Shown here piece after piece: positions 16,301 through 23,927 of a stretch of DNA of 27,127 bases. Source of the stretch: a virus (taxonomy: Duplodnaviria; Caudoviricetes); the IMG/VR virus record IMGVR_UViG_3300036783_000047, positions 1-27,127 of that record; one strand, given 5' to 3'. Each line of letters starts with the position of its first letter. Positions within the stretch are counted from its first letter, which is position 1. The position numbers and the translations under genes were made by a program. Under the pieces are notes generated by a model. The model was given only the letters and a program-made list of their open reading frames with translations. It made no database searches and was not told where the DNA came from.

Positions 16301-18934
16301 CTAGTTCTTCCCAAGAGCTGTTTGCACGTTGCCGCCACCAATAGTCCTGATGGTGTACCGGATGTCTTCGAGCTGGTCTTGAGTAAGGCCTGCCTTGCGG
16401 AAGGACTCTCCCAGCTCTAGTGTGATGCGCAGCTCCTGCTTTCCGCTGCCTAGAGCAGAGTTCGTCTGAGAGTTGTTGAAGACCTGAGAGCCTACTGGCA
16501 GCTTGACAAGCTCGCGACCACGTTCACCAACGACTGCCCACGGAGAAGTTGTAGGCCCGCCCTTTTGGTACCAGCCAGCAGACACTTCGTGCGCCCACGC
16601 ATTGACTGGGTTGCCATAACGTTGCCTGATGTAGTTCACCATGGCGACAGCTTGGCCTGCTGCCGTAGTCGAATTACCTCCGTATTGTGCATACTCGGAA
16701 GGCCCATTGATAAACTGGGCCATTCCATAAGCGCCCGACGAAGGGTTCTGAGCATGAATGTTGTAGCCCGCTTCGCGCATTTCCACGTTATTGAGAGCTG
16801 ACCACTGACCGCCCGTCCATCCTGCCTTAGCGGCAGCGGACTTCAGGGCTGCGAAGGCCGAGCTATTCGAAACTCCTGCACCACTAATTGCTGAGGCAGC
16901 AGCCGCCGCGATCTTCCCAGCAGTCGAGTGGACAACTGCCTTAGCCTTGTTCATACCGATGCCGAGACCGTTCATGATGTGCACACCGGCGTCGATTGCC
17001 CACTGCGGTGGCGAATGGATCCCTAGGGCGTTGAGTATGTCCTTGGCTAGCGACTTGAAGAAGCCTGTTACAGCGTTCCACACGCTCCTGAATCCTTGGA
17101 GCATGCCATTCATAACGCCCTTAGCCCATCCTACCATCCACGAGCCTACACCATGCAGAGTACCTTCGATGCCTCCCGGGACACCTCGGAACCATCCGAT
17201 GATCGAGTTCCAGATACTCCTGGTAGTGTTGAAGACACTGTTCCAAGCATTTCGGAAGCCATTTTCCTCGGTGCTCCAGAAGCTCGAGGCTATAGAGTGT
17301 ATGCCGTTCCAGACACCGTGCAGGAAGTTAGAAACCGTATTCCAGACGCTCCTTGCCGTACTGTAGACACTGTTCCAGGTGTTCTTGAATCCTGCTACCT
17401 GCTGAGCGCCGAACGCGTTAGCGGCACTCTCGATGTCGTGCCACAGACCCTTCAGGAAGTTGAAGATGGTATTCCAGATCAGCTTGATGAAGGCCCAGAT
17501 CTGTTCATGATACTTGTAGATCAGACCAGCAGTTCCGAAGATCAGTGGCCACCATTGCTTGGCGAAGTTCAAGAACCCATCCCACAAGTTCTTGAGCCAG
17601 TCAACAATTGTAGTCCACGTCGTCTTGATGAAGTTCCAGATCTGCGTGTGGTACTTGATGATGATTGCCGCAAGAACAACGACTGCTAGCCCAATCGCCA
17701 CGAATGGGTTCATATCCATCACGAGGTTCAGTGCAGCTTGTGCTATGGCAACTGTCTTAGCCACGATTGCATATGCTGCTAGAGCACCCATGACAGCTGC
17801 AATAGCCTTAGCCAGATCCTTAACAGTGCCCTGGTTGTGTGAAATCCACCCCAAAACTGACTGCAGCATCGGCATGAGCTTGTTACCAAACTCGATAGCC
17901 AGAGAACCTGCTTGAGCTTCGACTTCAGACAGCTGCTGCTTGAAGGACTTCTGAACCTCTGAGAAGCCTGCGACGTTGCCTTGAGCATCCTTAGAGGCTC
18001 CTGAGATCCCTGCTATAGCTGCCTGGGTTCCCTTAGCATTCTCGCCTGTAGTAGCCAGCGCTACCTGGAGTCCGTTAGCCGACCCCATCAGCTTGGCCAG
18101 AGCCTGCGGTACAGTCATGCCTAGTGAGGGAGCCATCTTGTCTGCTACACCACGCAGCCACTCCAGTGTACCGCCCAGGCCCTGCGTGGCTAGATGCTGG
18201 TGAACCTGATCGGCACTGATACCAAATGCACCGAAGTTCTTGATCATCACATTGGTAGGAGCTTCCAGGTGACGCATGGCATTAGCCATCTGCTGTGAGG
18301 CCTCTTGTGCCGAGATACCATGTGAGGTCATCTCTGCTTCGACGCCTGCTACGTCAGACAGCTTGAGGTGCATAGCGGAAGCCAGAGGAAGAATGACCGA
18401 CATCGACTGCGAGAAGTCCTGGAAGTTAGTCTTGCCGAAGCTAACTGCCTTCACCAGCTTCGACGTTACATCAGCTGCGTCGCTAGCCTTCATGTGATAG
18501 TCGACCAGTACGTCGGTAACGGCGTTAGCAACTGTTCCCAGATCAGCGTTCTCATCCTTAGCACCTTGAGCAGCAGCCTTCAGCACGACTAGACCTGCAG
18601 CTCCATGGTATCCTGCAGACTCGACCGTGTACATGCCCTTAGCAAGACTGTCAGCAGACATACCGACCTGGCCAGCCATGTCAAGCATTCCCTGGCGAAC
18701 CATACCAATGTTCTTGTTCGACTCATTGGCGCTCGTGACGAGCCGTGTCGTTGATGACTGGAAGTCCGTTGCCATCTTCACGGAGGCTACTGCAATCGCC
18801 GCCAGAGCTAGGCCTCCGACGGCGCCGACCTTGGTGAGCTTGGAACTAAGCCCTTCACCAGAAGCTGCTGCCTCAGTCATCGCCGCTTTGCTCTGGTTGG
18901 AAGCCTTGATAACTACTTCGACGATGTTAGGCAT
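16301..18934 (-). CDS. Tape measure protein with C-terminal lytic transglycosylase (SLT-like) domain
   Basis: Ala-rich TP901-like core, NP motif, periodic W/F repeats; REAGYN..AQNPSSGAYG.AQF...YI..RYG; VGERGRELV. Confidence 0.93.
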   Translation of the reverse strand: MPNIVEVVIKASNQSKAAMTEAAASGEGLSSKLTKVGAVGGLALAAIAVASVKMATDFQSSTTRLVTSANESNKNIGMVRQGMLDMAGQVGMSADSLAKGMYTVESAGYHGAAGLVVLKAAAQGAKDENADLGTVANAVTDVLVDYHMKASDAADVTSKLVKAVSFGKTNFQDFSQSMSVILPLASAMHLKLSDVAGVEAEMTSHGISAQEASQQMANAMRHLEAPTNVMIKNFGAFGISADQVHQHLATQGLGGTLEWLRGVADKMAPSLGMTVPQALAKLMGSANGLQVALATTGENAKGTQAAIAGISGASKDAQGNVAGFSEVQKSFKQQLSEVEAQAGSLAIEFGNKLMPMLQSVLGWISHNQGTVKDLAKAIAAVMGALAAYAIVAKTVAIAQAALNLVMDMNPFVAIGLAVVVLAAIIIKYHTQIWNFIKTTWTTIVDWLKNLWDGFLNFAKQWWPLIFGTAGLIYKYHEQIWAFIKLIWNTIFNFLKGLWHDIESAANAFGAQQVAGFKNTWNSVYSTARSVWNTVSNFLHGVWNGIHSIASSFWSTEENGFRNAWNSVFNTTRSIWNSIIGWFRGVPGGIEGTLHGVGSWMVGWAKGVMNGMLQGFRSVWNAVTGFFKSLAKDILNALGIHSPPQWAIDAGVHIMNGLGIGMNKAKAVVHSTAGKIAAAAASAISGAGVSNSSAFAALKSAAAKAGWTGGQWSALNNVEMREAGYNIHAQNPSSGAYGMAQFINGPSEYAQYGGNSTTAAGQAVAMVNYIRQRYGNPVNAWAHEVSAGWYQKGGPTTSPWAVVGERGRELVKLPVGSQVFNNSQTNSALGSGKQELRITLELGESFRKAGLTQDQLEDIRYTIRTIGGGNVQTALGKN

Positions 18935-19163
18935 AGTCCTCTGGCACCTCCGATTCTTCCTCTTGCTCTGGGTTGCCTAGCTTCTGAATCCTCATCAACT
19001 GGAGAAGTCGTACATCTTCTTCTAGGAGCGTCTGGAGTGTATAGCCTCCGAACTTCTCTAGCGCCCCTAGAAGAAGGTTGGCCTCTGCTAGCTCTGCGGG
19101 CTCTGAGACGATGTCTCCATCGGCATCGATACCTCCTGGAACTGCTTGCCAGAGCTCGAGTCT
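18927..19163 (-). CDS. -1 frame extension of the tail assembly chaperone (GT-like product, about 226 aa in total)
   Basis: After G GGA AAA the -1 frame reads RLELWQAVPGGIDADGDIVSEPAELAEANLLLGALEKFGGYTLQTLLEEDVRLLQLMRIQKLG...EDYA* and overlaps the TMP start. Confidence 0.8.
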   Translation of the reverse strand, partial: RLELWQAVPGGIDADGDIVSEPAELAEANLLLGALEKFGGYTLQTLLEEDVRLLQLMRIQKLGNPEQEEESEVPEDYA

Positions 19164-19606
19164 TTTCCCAGGTCTTCACTGACACCGCTCATGGCCTTCT
19201 GCCACTCATTGAAGATCCTGAAGATGAAGTCCGTCTCCTGTGCCAGCACACCTGTGATCGTACACGTGTCATCTGCGTCCTGGTGCGTGCCACACTTCAT
19301 CGTCTCGGTGTTAACCGGATCGCCAGAATGTGAGCACTGTGCGAGAACCGCAGGTACGTCCTGATCGAACTCGTCCTGAAGGTTCCACTCAGTCAGCGCT
19401 GAGGCGAAGATCCCGAACATCCTCTTGGTTAGGACGTTCTGCTTGCTGAGATCGTTCGCTGCAGACGAGGAAAGGTCTACGACCTCGAGGAACTGCGAAA
19501 TCGGAAGGCTGCGCATGTTGACTTCGAGGCCATCCAGCTCCTCGTCATCCGCCCAGCGCAGCTTGTAGATTGTTGCCTTTTTCTTGAACTTGCTACGATT
19601 TCCCAT
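19088..19606 (-). CDS. Tail assembly chaperone (G-like)
   Basis: Between tail tube and TMP; WNL.DE motif; contains the slippery heptamer. Confidence 0.8.
   Translation of the reverse strand: MGNRSKFKKKATIYKLRWADDEELDGLEVNMRSLPISQFLEVVDLSSSAANDLSKQNVLTKRMFGIFASALTEWNLQDEFDQDVPAVLAQCSHSGDPVNTETMKCGTHQDADDTCTITGVLAQETDFIFRIFNEWQKAMSGVSEDLGKDSSSGKQFQEVSMPMETSSQSPQS
19163..19169 (-). promoter_or_regulatory. Programmed -1 ribosomal frameshift site GGGAAAA
   Basis: X XXY YYZ heptamer in the correct phase (CTG GGA AAA) with an open -1 frame downstream. Confidence 0.85.
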
Positions 19607-19636
19607 GATGGCCAGCCGCTTTCCGTGGCAGTCGTT

Positions 19637-19795
19637 GGGCTCTTCTGTTTGCTTTACTCCGATGGTCTAACTAATTCTAACTGATATCTCGCGTCTTAGC
19701 AGATCATTAGAGAAGAGGATTTATCCTCTGTGATTCCCTATTTAGAATTAGTTAGACCATATGACTAAAAGCTTTGTGAAGCACTTTTAAGTGCT
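19637..19795 (+). ncRNA. Unassigned structured non-coding element, copy B
   Basis: Perfect 19-bp inverted repeat 19662-19680/19742-19760, inner hairpin 19714-19729, 3' hairpin around 19780-19795. Homologous to copy A. Confidence 0.55.
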
Positions 19796-19801
19796 GTGGA
19801 C

Positions 19802-20230
19802 CTACGCGTGTGTCGTCCAGGTAGGAACAGCTCCGTCAGCGAGCTGTCCAGGCACCTGCCAGGTAAGCTGTCCAGTGTTAGAGCGCGTGATCTGGTAGTC
19901 CGTGAACACACAGTTGTTCACGAGTGACGGGTTACCAGTGGTGGTGCCGATCGGGTCGATCTCCGTGCTGCGGTTGACCGAGGTGGACGGAACCGTCTTG
20001 AAGACGTCGTGAGACATGTTCGAGGCGAAGTTGCACACGCCGTTAAGCGTCACCGAGAAGTCTGCCAGGAGAAGCAGCGTCTCGTGTGCGCTCTTATCGA
20101 CACCAGTCGTGTCCTGATTGTCACGCGGCGTAGTGAACGCATAGTTGGTGATGTCGTTGGAGATCGTTCGTGCAGTACCTGCAGAGTCCGCGACGAGGAC
20201 AGCAGATCCAAGTCCACCAGACTTAGCCAT
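19802..20230 (-). CDS. Major tail tube-like protein (142 aa)
   Basis: Start re-called to ATG 20230 (GAAAGGGG RBS). D.T.VD, DFSVTLNG, DYQITR...G.LTW motifs. Precedes the chaperone. Confidence 0.7.
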   Translation of the reverse strand: MAKSGGLGSAVLVADSAGTARTISNDITNYAFTTPRDNQDTTGVDKSAHETLLLLADFSVTLNGVCNFASNMSHDVFKTVPSTSVNRSTEIDPIGTTTGNPSLVNNCVFTDYQITRSNTGQLTWQVPGQLADGAVPTWTTHA

Positions 20231-20232
20231 GA

Positions 20233-20709
20233 TTAACCCCTTTCGATCCTTGTGTTGATTCGATCCTGATGTCCGGCGAAGTCTTCGACCCAATCTTCAG
20301 GTCGCTTGTGGACCTTTACAGGCCCTGTCTTCAGACGGAAGTCACCAGAGTGCGTGATGAACCTGCCAGGACGTGAGAGCTGGATCTTGTGATCAGCTCG
20401 AGCGAAGCACGGCTGACCAGACGCGAAGGTGAACTTAACCAACGACTGCCCGATCTTTTCGGCCGTGTAAGTGCGCTCTTTGTCGTGTGTGATGAAGTGG
20501 TACTGCTTCTGCCCGAGCTCAGTTGCAGTGTCGACTGTGGTTGCCCATCCGAACAGGAAAGGCTCACAGTCGATCTCTTCGCACGTAGCCTTCCTGAAGT
20601 GCGTCTTGACAGGGAAGAGGGCCGAGTACGTCTTGTAGGCGTTCGGAGGTGCAGCAGGCTCGATACGAGTAACGAAGCCGTGACCGAACGGAATCTTGAT
20701 CATGCCCAT
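20233..20709 (-). CDS. Hypothetical virion-module protein with Cys/His residues
   Basis: 158 aa, TAATG coupling; ATCEEIDC...QPCF..DH. Confidence 0.7.
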   Translation of the reverse strand: MGMIKIPFGHGFVTRIEPAAPPNAYKTYSALFPVKTHFRKATCEEIDCEPFLFGWATTVDTATELGQKQYHFITHDKERTYTAEKIGQSLVKFTFASGQPCFARADHKIQLSRPGRFITHSGDFRLKTGPVKVHKRPEDWVEDFAGHQDRINTRIERG

Positions 20710-21665
20710 TAGAAGTTCACCGCCTGAAGGTTGCGCACTAGGGTGACAGCGAAGACAGCGTTCGTGAACGTACCTGTCGTAGTCACCTTAAGGAAGGGGT
20801 TGATGGTAACGCCTGCTGCCGTCGCCAGCCTCACGCCAGTGTGTGCAGCTGTCAAGGCCGAAGTCGCTAGACCTGTGATGTTCGAGTACGAGCCGCCGAG
20901 TGTCGTAGCATGCTGTACGGCTATCGTGACAGACGTACCAGTGAGAGCGAACAGCTGAACGTATGCCTGAGCACCGAAGGCTGTTGCCAGTGACCATGTC
21001 CACGTCGGTGCTGCCGAGTAGGTCATGGAGATCGCTACACCAGATGGAACGGTATACGTGCCAGCACCTGTGCCTACTGTAACGCCGCCTACCGACACGT
21101 TCGTCATCGTGCCACCAGTGATGACCACCGTAGCAGGAAGCGGAGAGGTGTTCGTAACTGGTGTCGTAGACGACGGAATCGACGGCGTAGCGAACGCTGC
21201 AGACTCGTCGATAGCAGCGCCTGCTGTGGCAGTGGTATCGGTACGCTTGCCCGGAGTAAGCTGCTCGCCCCACTCCATACCGAAGCCGTTAGCCATCAGC
21301 TCGGCCTTGAATGTTAGCGAGGCATCGGTGCCACGAGTCGGGTCGTAGTTCACCTGCTTACTGTTCAAACAGGCTGATGGCGACAGGACTGCAGCGCCTC
21401 GGAAGTACTGAGCAACCGTGTCAGTGCGAGGCAGAGTGCTCAGGATCGTGTGCTCCGCATCGACAGCTGACGACGGGTTGAAGTACGTCGTGAACTGCCA
21501 GTCAGCGTCTCGGATCAATCCAACCTGCTCGTGACCCAAAGACTTGATCCCTGTGACATCGCCAAGGGCTGGACCACCTCCAAGCTGGTCGACAGATCCT
21601 ACATCGCCTGAGATGTCGTAGCCGCCGATGTAGAAGTTGTCTCCGAGTCCTCCAGTTTTAGACAT
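20709..21665 (-). CDS. Tail-tube-like protein with C-terminal beta-rich extension (318 aa)
   Basis: N-terminus MSKTGGLG...DISGD...DVTG parallels MAKSGGLG...TISND...DTTG of 19802-20230. Confidence 0.6.
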   Translation of the reverse strand: MSKTGGLGDNFYIGGYDISGDVGSVDQLGGGPALGDVTGIKSLGHEQVGLIRDADWQFTTYFNPSSAVDAEHTILSTLPRTDTVAQYFRGAAVLSPSACLNSKQVNYDPTRGTDASLTFKAELMANGFGMEWGEQLTPGKRTDTTATAGAAIDESAAFATPSIPSSTTPVTNTSPLPATVVITGGTMTNVSVGGVTVGTGAGTYTVPSGVAISMTYSAAPTWTWSLATAFGAQAYVQLFALTGTSVTIAVQHATTLGGSYSNITGLATSALTAAHTGVRLATAAGVTINPFLKVTTTGTFTNAVFAVTLVRNLQAVNF

Positions 21666-22148
21666 CTAGTCTCCCTGTGTGAAAGCGTCGTTGAAGACTA
21701 CAGGGACAGTAACCGTTATGACACGATTCATCTGTCCGCCAATGTTAACGTAACCTGCCTGAGCCATCAATCCATTACCGAACTCGCCAAGCAAGTCGAT
21801 CTCACGGACTACAGCCTTACTCCTCTGAGGATCGATCAACTCGAAGTCCTCCGAATAGGCCAGCATCAGATCGCAAGCTGCCGTCATCATGTTCGGGTCG
21901 ATAGCGTCTTGCGGATCCTGCAGCATGTTCGTGTAGATACGTGCATTGAACGTCAGGAGTAGCGAAGTGGCATTGAGACCTGAACTCCTGATAGGCTTGA
22001 CAGTGTCGAGCCAAATAGCACAAGTGACATCGTTGCCTGGAGAAGATTTGGGCTCGGCAGTGTTGACGGAATCGAAGTCGCCTGTAGCTAGAGCCTTCGA
22101 CTGGATTAGATCGAACAGCAACTGCACCTGCGTGGCGTCTAGACTCAT
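21666..22148 (-). CDS. Probable tail terminator/completion protein
   Basis: 160 aa; synteny; G.F..V...EPKS.P motif. Confidence 0.55.
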   Translation of the reverse strand: MSLDATQVQLLFDLIQSKALATGDFDSVNTAEPKSSPGNDVTCAIWLDTVKPIRSSGLNATSLLLTFNARIYTNMLQDPQDAIDPNMMTAACDLMLAYSEDFELIDPQRSKAVVREIDLLGEFGNGLMAQAGYVNIGGQMNRVITVTVPVVFNDAFTQGD

Positions 22149-22516
22149 TCGTTCATCGCCACCACATAAGGAACTGCTTCCTCTTCAGCGATAGCAGTCG
22201 CCTCCTGATCTAGTTGCTGCGTGACGGTCCGGAAGGTTGCATAACCCTTGAACCTTGTCGTCTGGTTCCTAGAGCCTACGCCTTCAAGCCAAGGACCGTA
22301 GATCACGCCGCCATCAGTCACGACTGTATCGTTCACTTGACGTTCGGTCTGAACCATCGAGTCGTAGTAGCCGTCTCCCCAGACCTTGATAACCTGACGA
22401 AGGCGTGCGTGGATTCGGTTGACAGCTTCCTGTGCAAGCGTCGTCTCGATGGAGATAGTGTACTTCTCCATCTCGGCTATAGCTCTGCCGTCGAAGAGAG
22501 GTCCGATAGCTACCAT
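22145..22516 (-). CDS. Probable neck protein (HK97 gp10-like)
   Basis: YGPWLEG.G, FKGY..FR motifs; synteny. Confidence 0.6.
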   Translation of the reverse strand: MVAIGPLFDGRAIAEMEKYTISIETTLAQEAVNRIHARLRQVIKVWGDGYYDSMVQTERQVNDTVVTDGGVIYGPWLEGVGSRNQTTRFKGYATFRTVTQQLDQEATAIAEEEAVPYVVAMNE

Positions 22517-23598
22517 CAGATCACAGCCGTTCTTGCCTTGCGCGCATAGCCGGTGAAGACACGATCGCGAATGTCGGCTAGACCAGCACCGGAAGCATTG
22601 GCTATGTTACCGCCAGCTGCTCCAATCGTACGAGCGTAACCGGAAGTCTTCTGCAAGACGTTGTTAATCGCCTCGGCTACATTCAGCTCACGAATAGGGC
22701 CTGGGATAGCTACACGGTTCAGGACAACGTTCTGGGTATGTGATGCAGCAACAGTTCCCAGCGACGCGCGTTGTACCTGAAGTGTGCGGTAGACATAGAT
22801 GCCATCGCCGCTCGTGTGGGCTGCAAGAGTTGATCCGCCCCAAGCACGTCGGACAATGAGGACGTTGCCTGCAATGTCCGTGATGTACATCTTCTCGGAA
22901 CCGACTAGGAGCTGCTCGCCTACGTTGAAGAAGGCTCCAGAAGCGACTGTCAGCTGATCGTCAGCCTTCGAGCTGGTCGTAGCTCCTGACACCACAGTCT
23001 GATTCGAAGTGACAACGCTCTTGCCTGAGACGATCATCCGCTCAGAGTCGACGACTAGGATATCTCCTACGCCTAGGCCTGTCACGAGCCCGCCATCTGA
23101 ACAGACCAACGACTGCGCACTAGCGTTGATCGTGCCGTAGAGAGTGCCACGCGCTTCGGTTCGAGTCCAGTAGCCGAAGGTTCCCTGGACCTTGACATCT
23201 TGCTGCGGAGTGTCACCCTGACCGAAAGAAGCGTTGCCACCACGGTTCAATTCCATGAACGTATAAGGTGGCGCTTCATCATCCCAAGGACCCCAGAGGA
23301 CTTGGTCTGCTGTGATGACGTTTCCACCAGAAGTAACAACTGGAACGTTCGTAGTGACGTCGGCGAGCTCAGCACGCTCAAGCCAGATACGCCAAGGGTA
23401 CGCTCGCTGGAAGTTAGGCCAGTCGAAAGAGCGGATTGTGTCGTCAGGGTAGAACTGCCGATGGCACAGGTCGTCAACATCACGGGCTCCGCCTGCAATA
23501 GCGGAATCAACCGAGGGAATGCGAAGTGTGCTCTCTCGAAAGTCCATTGCATCGAGAACTTCTTCCCGAGTACAATAAACTGGTTCAACAATTGCCAC
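22516..23598 (-). CDS. Head-to-tail adaptor with inserted beta domains (360 aa)
   Basis: YCT.EEV, R.VD.LC.R.F, V.GTFGY, IP..I adaptor motifs plus an internal duplication. Confidence 0.7.
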   Translation of the reverse strand: MAIVEPVYCTREEVLDAMDFRESTLRIPSVDSAIAGGARDVDDLCHRQFYPDDTIRSFDWPNFQRAYPWRIWLERAELADVTTNVPVVTSGGNVITADQVLWGPWDDEAPPYTFMELNRGGNASFGQGDTPQQDVKVQGTFGYWTRTEARGTLYGTINASAQSLVCSDGGLVTGLGVGDILVVDSERMIVSGKSVVTSNQTVVSGATTSSKADDQLTVASGAFFNVGEQLLVGSEKMYITDIAGNVLIVRRAWGGSTLAAHTSGDGIYVYRTLQVQRASLGTVAASHTQNVVLNRVAIPGPIRELNVAEAINNVLQKTSGYARTIGAAGGNIANASGAGLADIRDRVFTGYARKARTAVI

Positions 23599-23645
23599 TG
23601 TCTCACTGCTTTCTGGAGTGCGGCTGTCGTTGGATTCAGTTGTAA

Positions 23646-23677
23646 CCTGGCTTGCTGTGTCGCGTCAGCAAGCCAGG
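23646..23677. terminator. 12-bp perfect hairpin (attenuator/terminator or mRNA-stabilising stem)
   Basis: CCTGGCTTGCTG-8 nt-CAGCAAGCCAGG directly after the stop at 23680. No clear U-tract. Confidence 0.6.
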
Positions 23678-23679
23678 CG

Positions 23680-23880
23680 CTACATTCCCGACATTGACTC
23701 TTGGTCCCAATCGTCTGGGTACCGGAAGTCTCCCATCGGGCAATACAAGACGTTCGCCTCGGAAGGCGGACCCTGCTTAAGCGGTGTACCGTCGTGCGGA
23801 CAAGCTACGGGAGGCTGAGACTTGTAGTAGTTGGCCAGCTCTGACTGCTGAACTAGCGTCGCGTACAAGTCCCAGCCCAT
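23680..23880 (-). CDS. Small Cys-containing hypothetical protein
   Basis: MGWDLY...ACPHDG.PL...LYCPMG. Start uncertain (23880 or 23925). Confidence 0.65.
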   Translation of the reverse strand: MGWDLYATLVQQSELANYYKSQPPVACPHDGTPLKQGPPSEANVLYCPMGDFRYPDDWDQESMSGM

Positions 23881-23927
23881 CACGGCAAGGTTAAACCGTA
23901 CCAGGAGTACGATCAACCTAATCATGA

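Noticed and set aside
12143-18980. Numerous plus-strand ORFs opposite the tail and TMP genes (including a poly-Pro ORF)
   Set aside because: Antisense shadows of Gly/Ala-rich coding sequence, with no RBS or operon context.
18913-19185. 90-aa Arg-rich ORF before the TMP
   Set aside because: Wrong frame. The -1 frame gives the chaperone-like extension.
19662-19760. Simple MITE defined by 19-bp terminal inverted repeats, or retron msr-msd, or hammerhead ribozyme
   Set aside because: Homology between copies extends beyond the inverted repeats and no target duplication is evident. No reverse transcriptase is encoded. The hammerhead core (CUGAUGA...GAAA) is absent.
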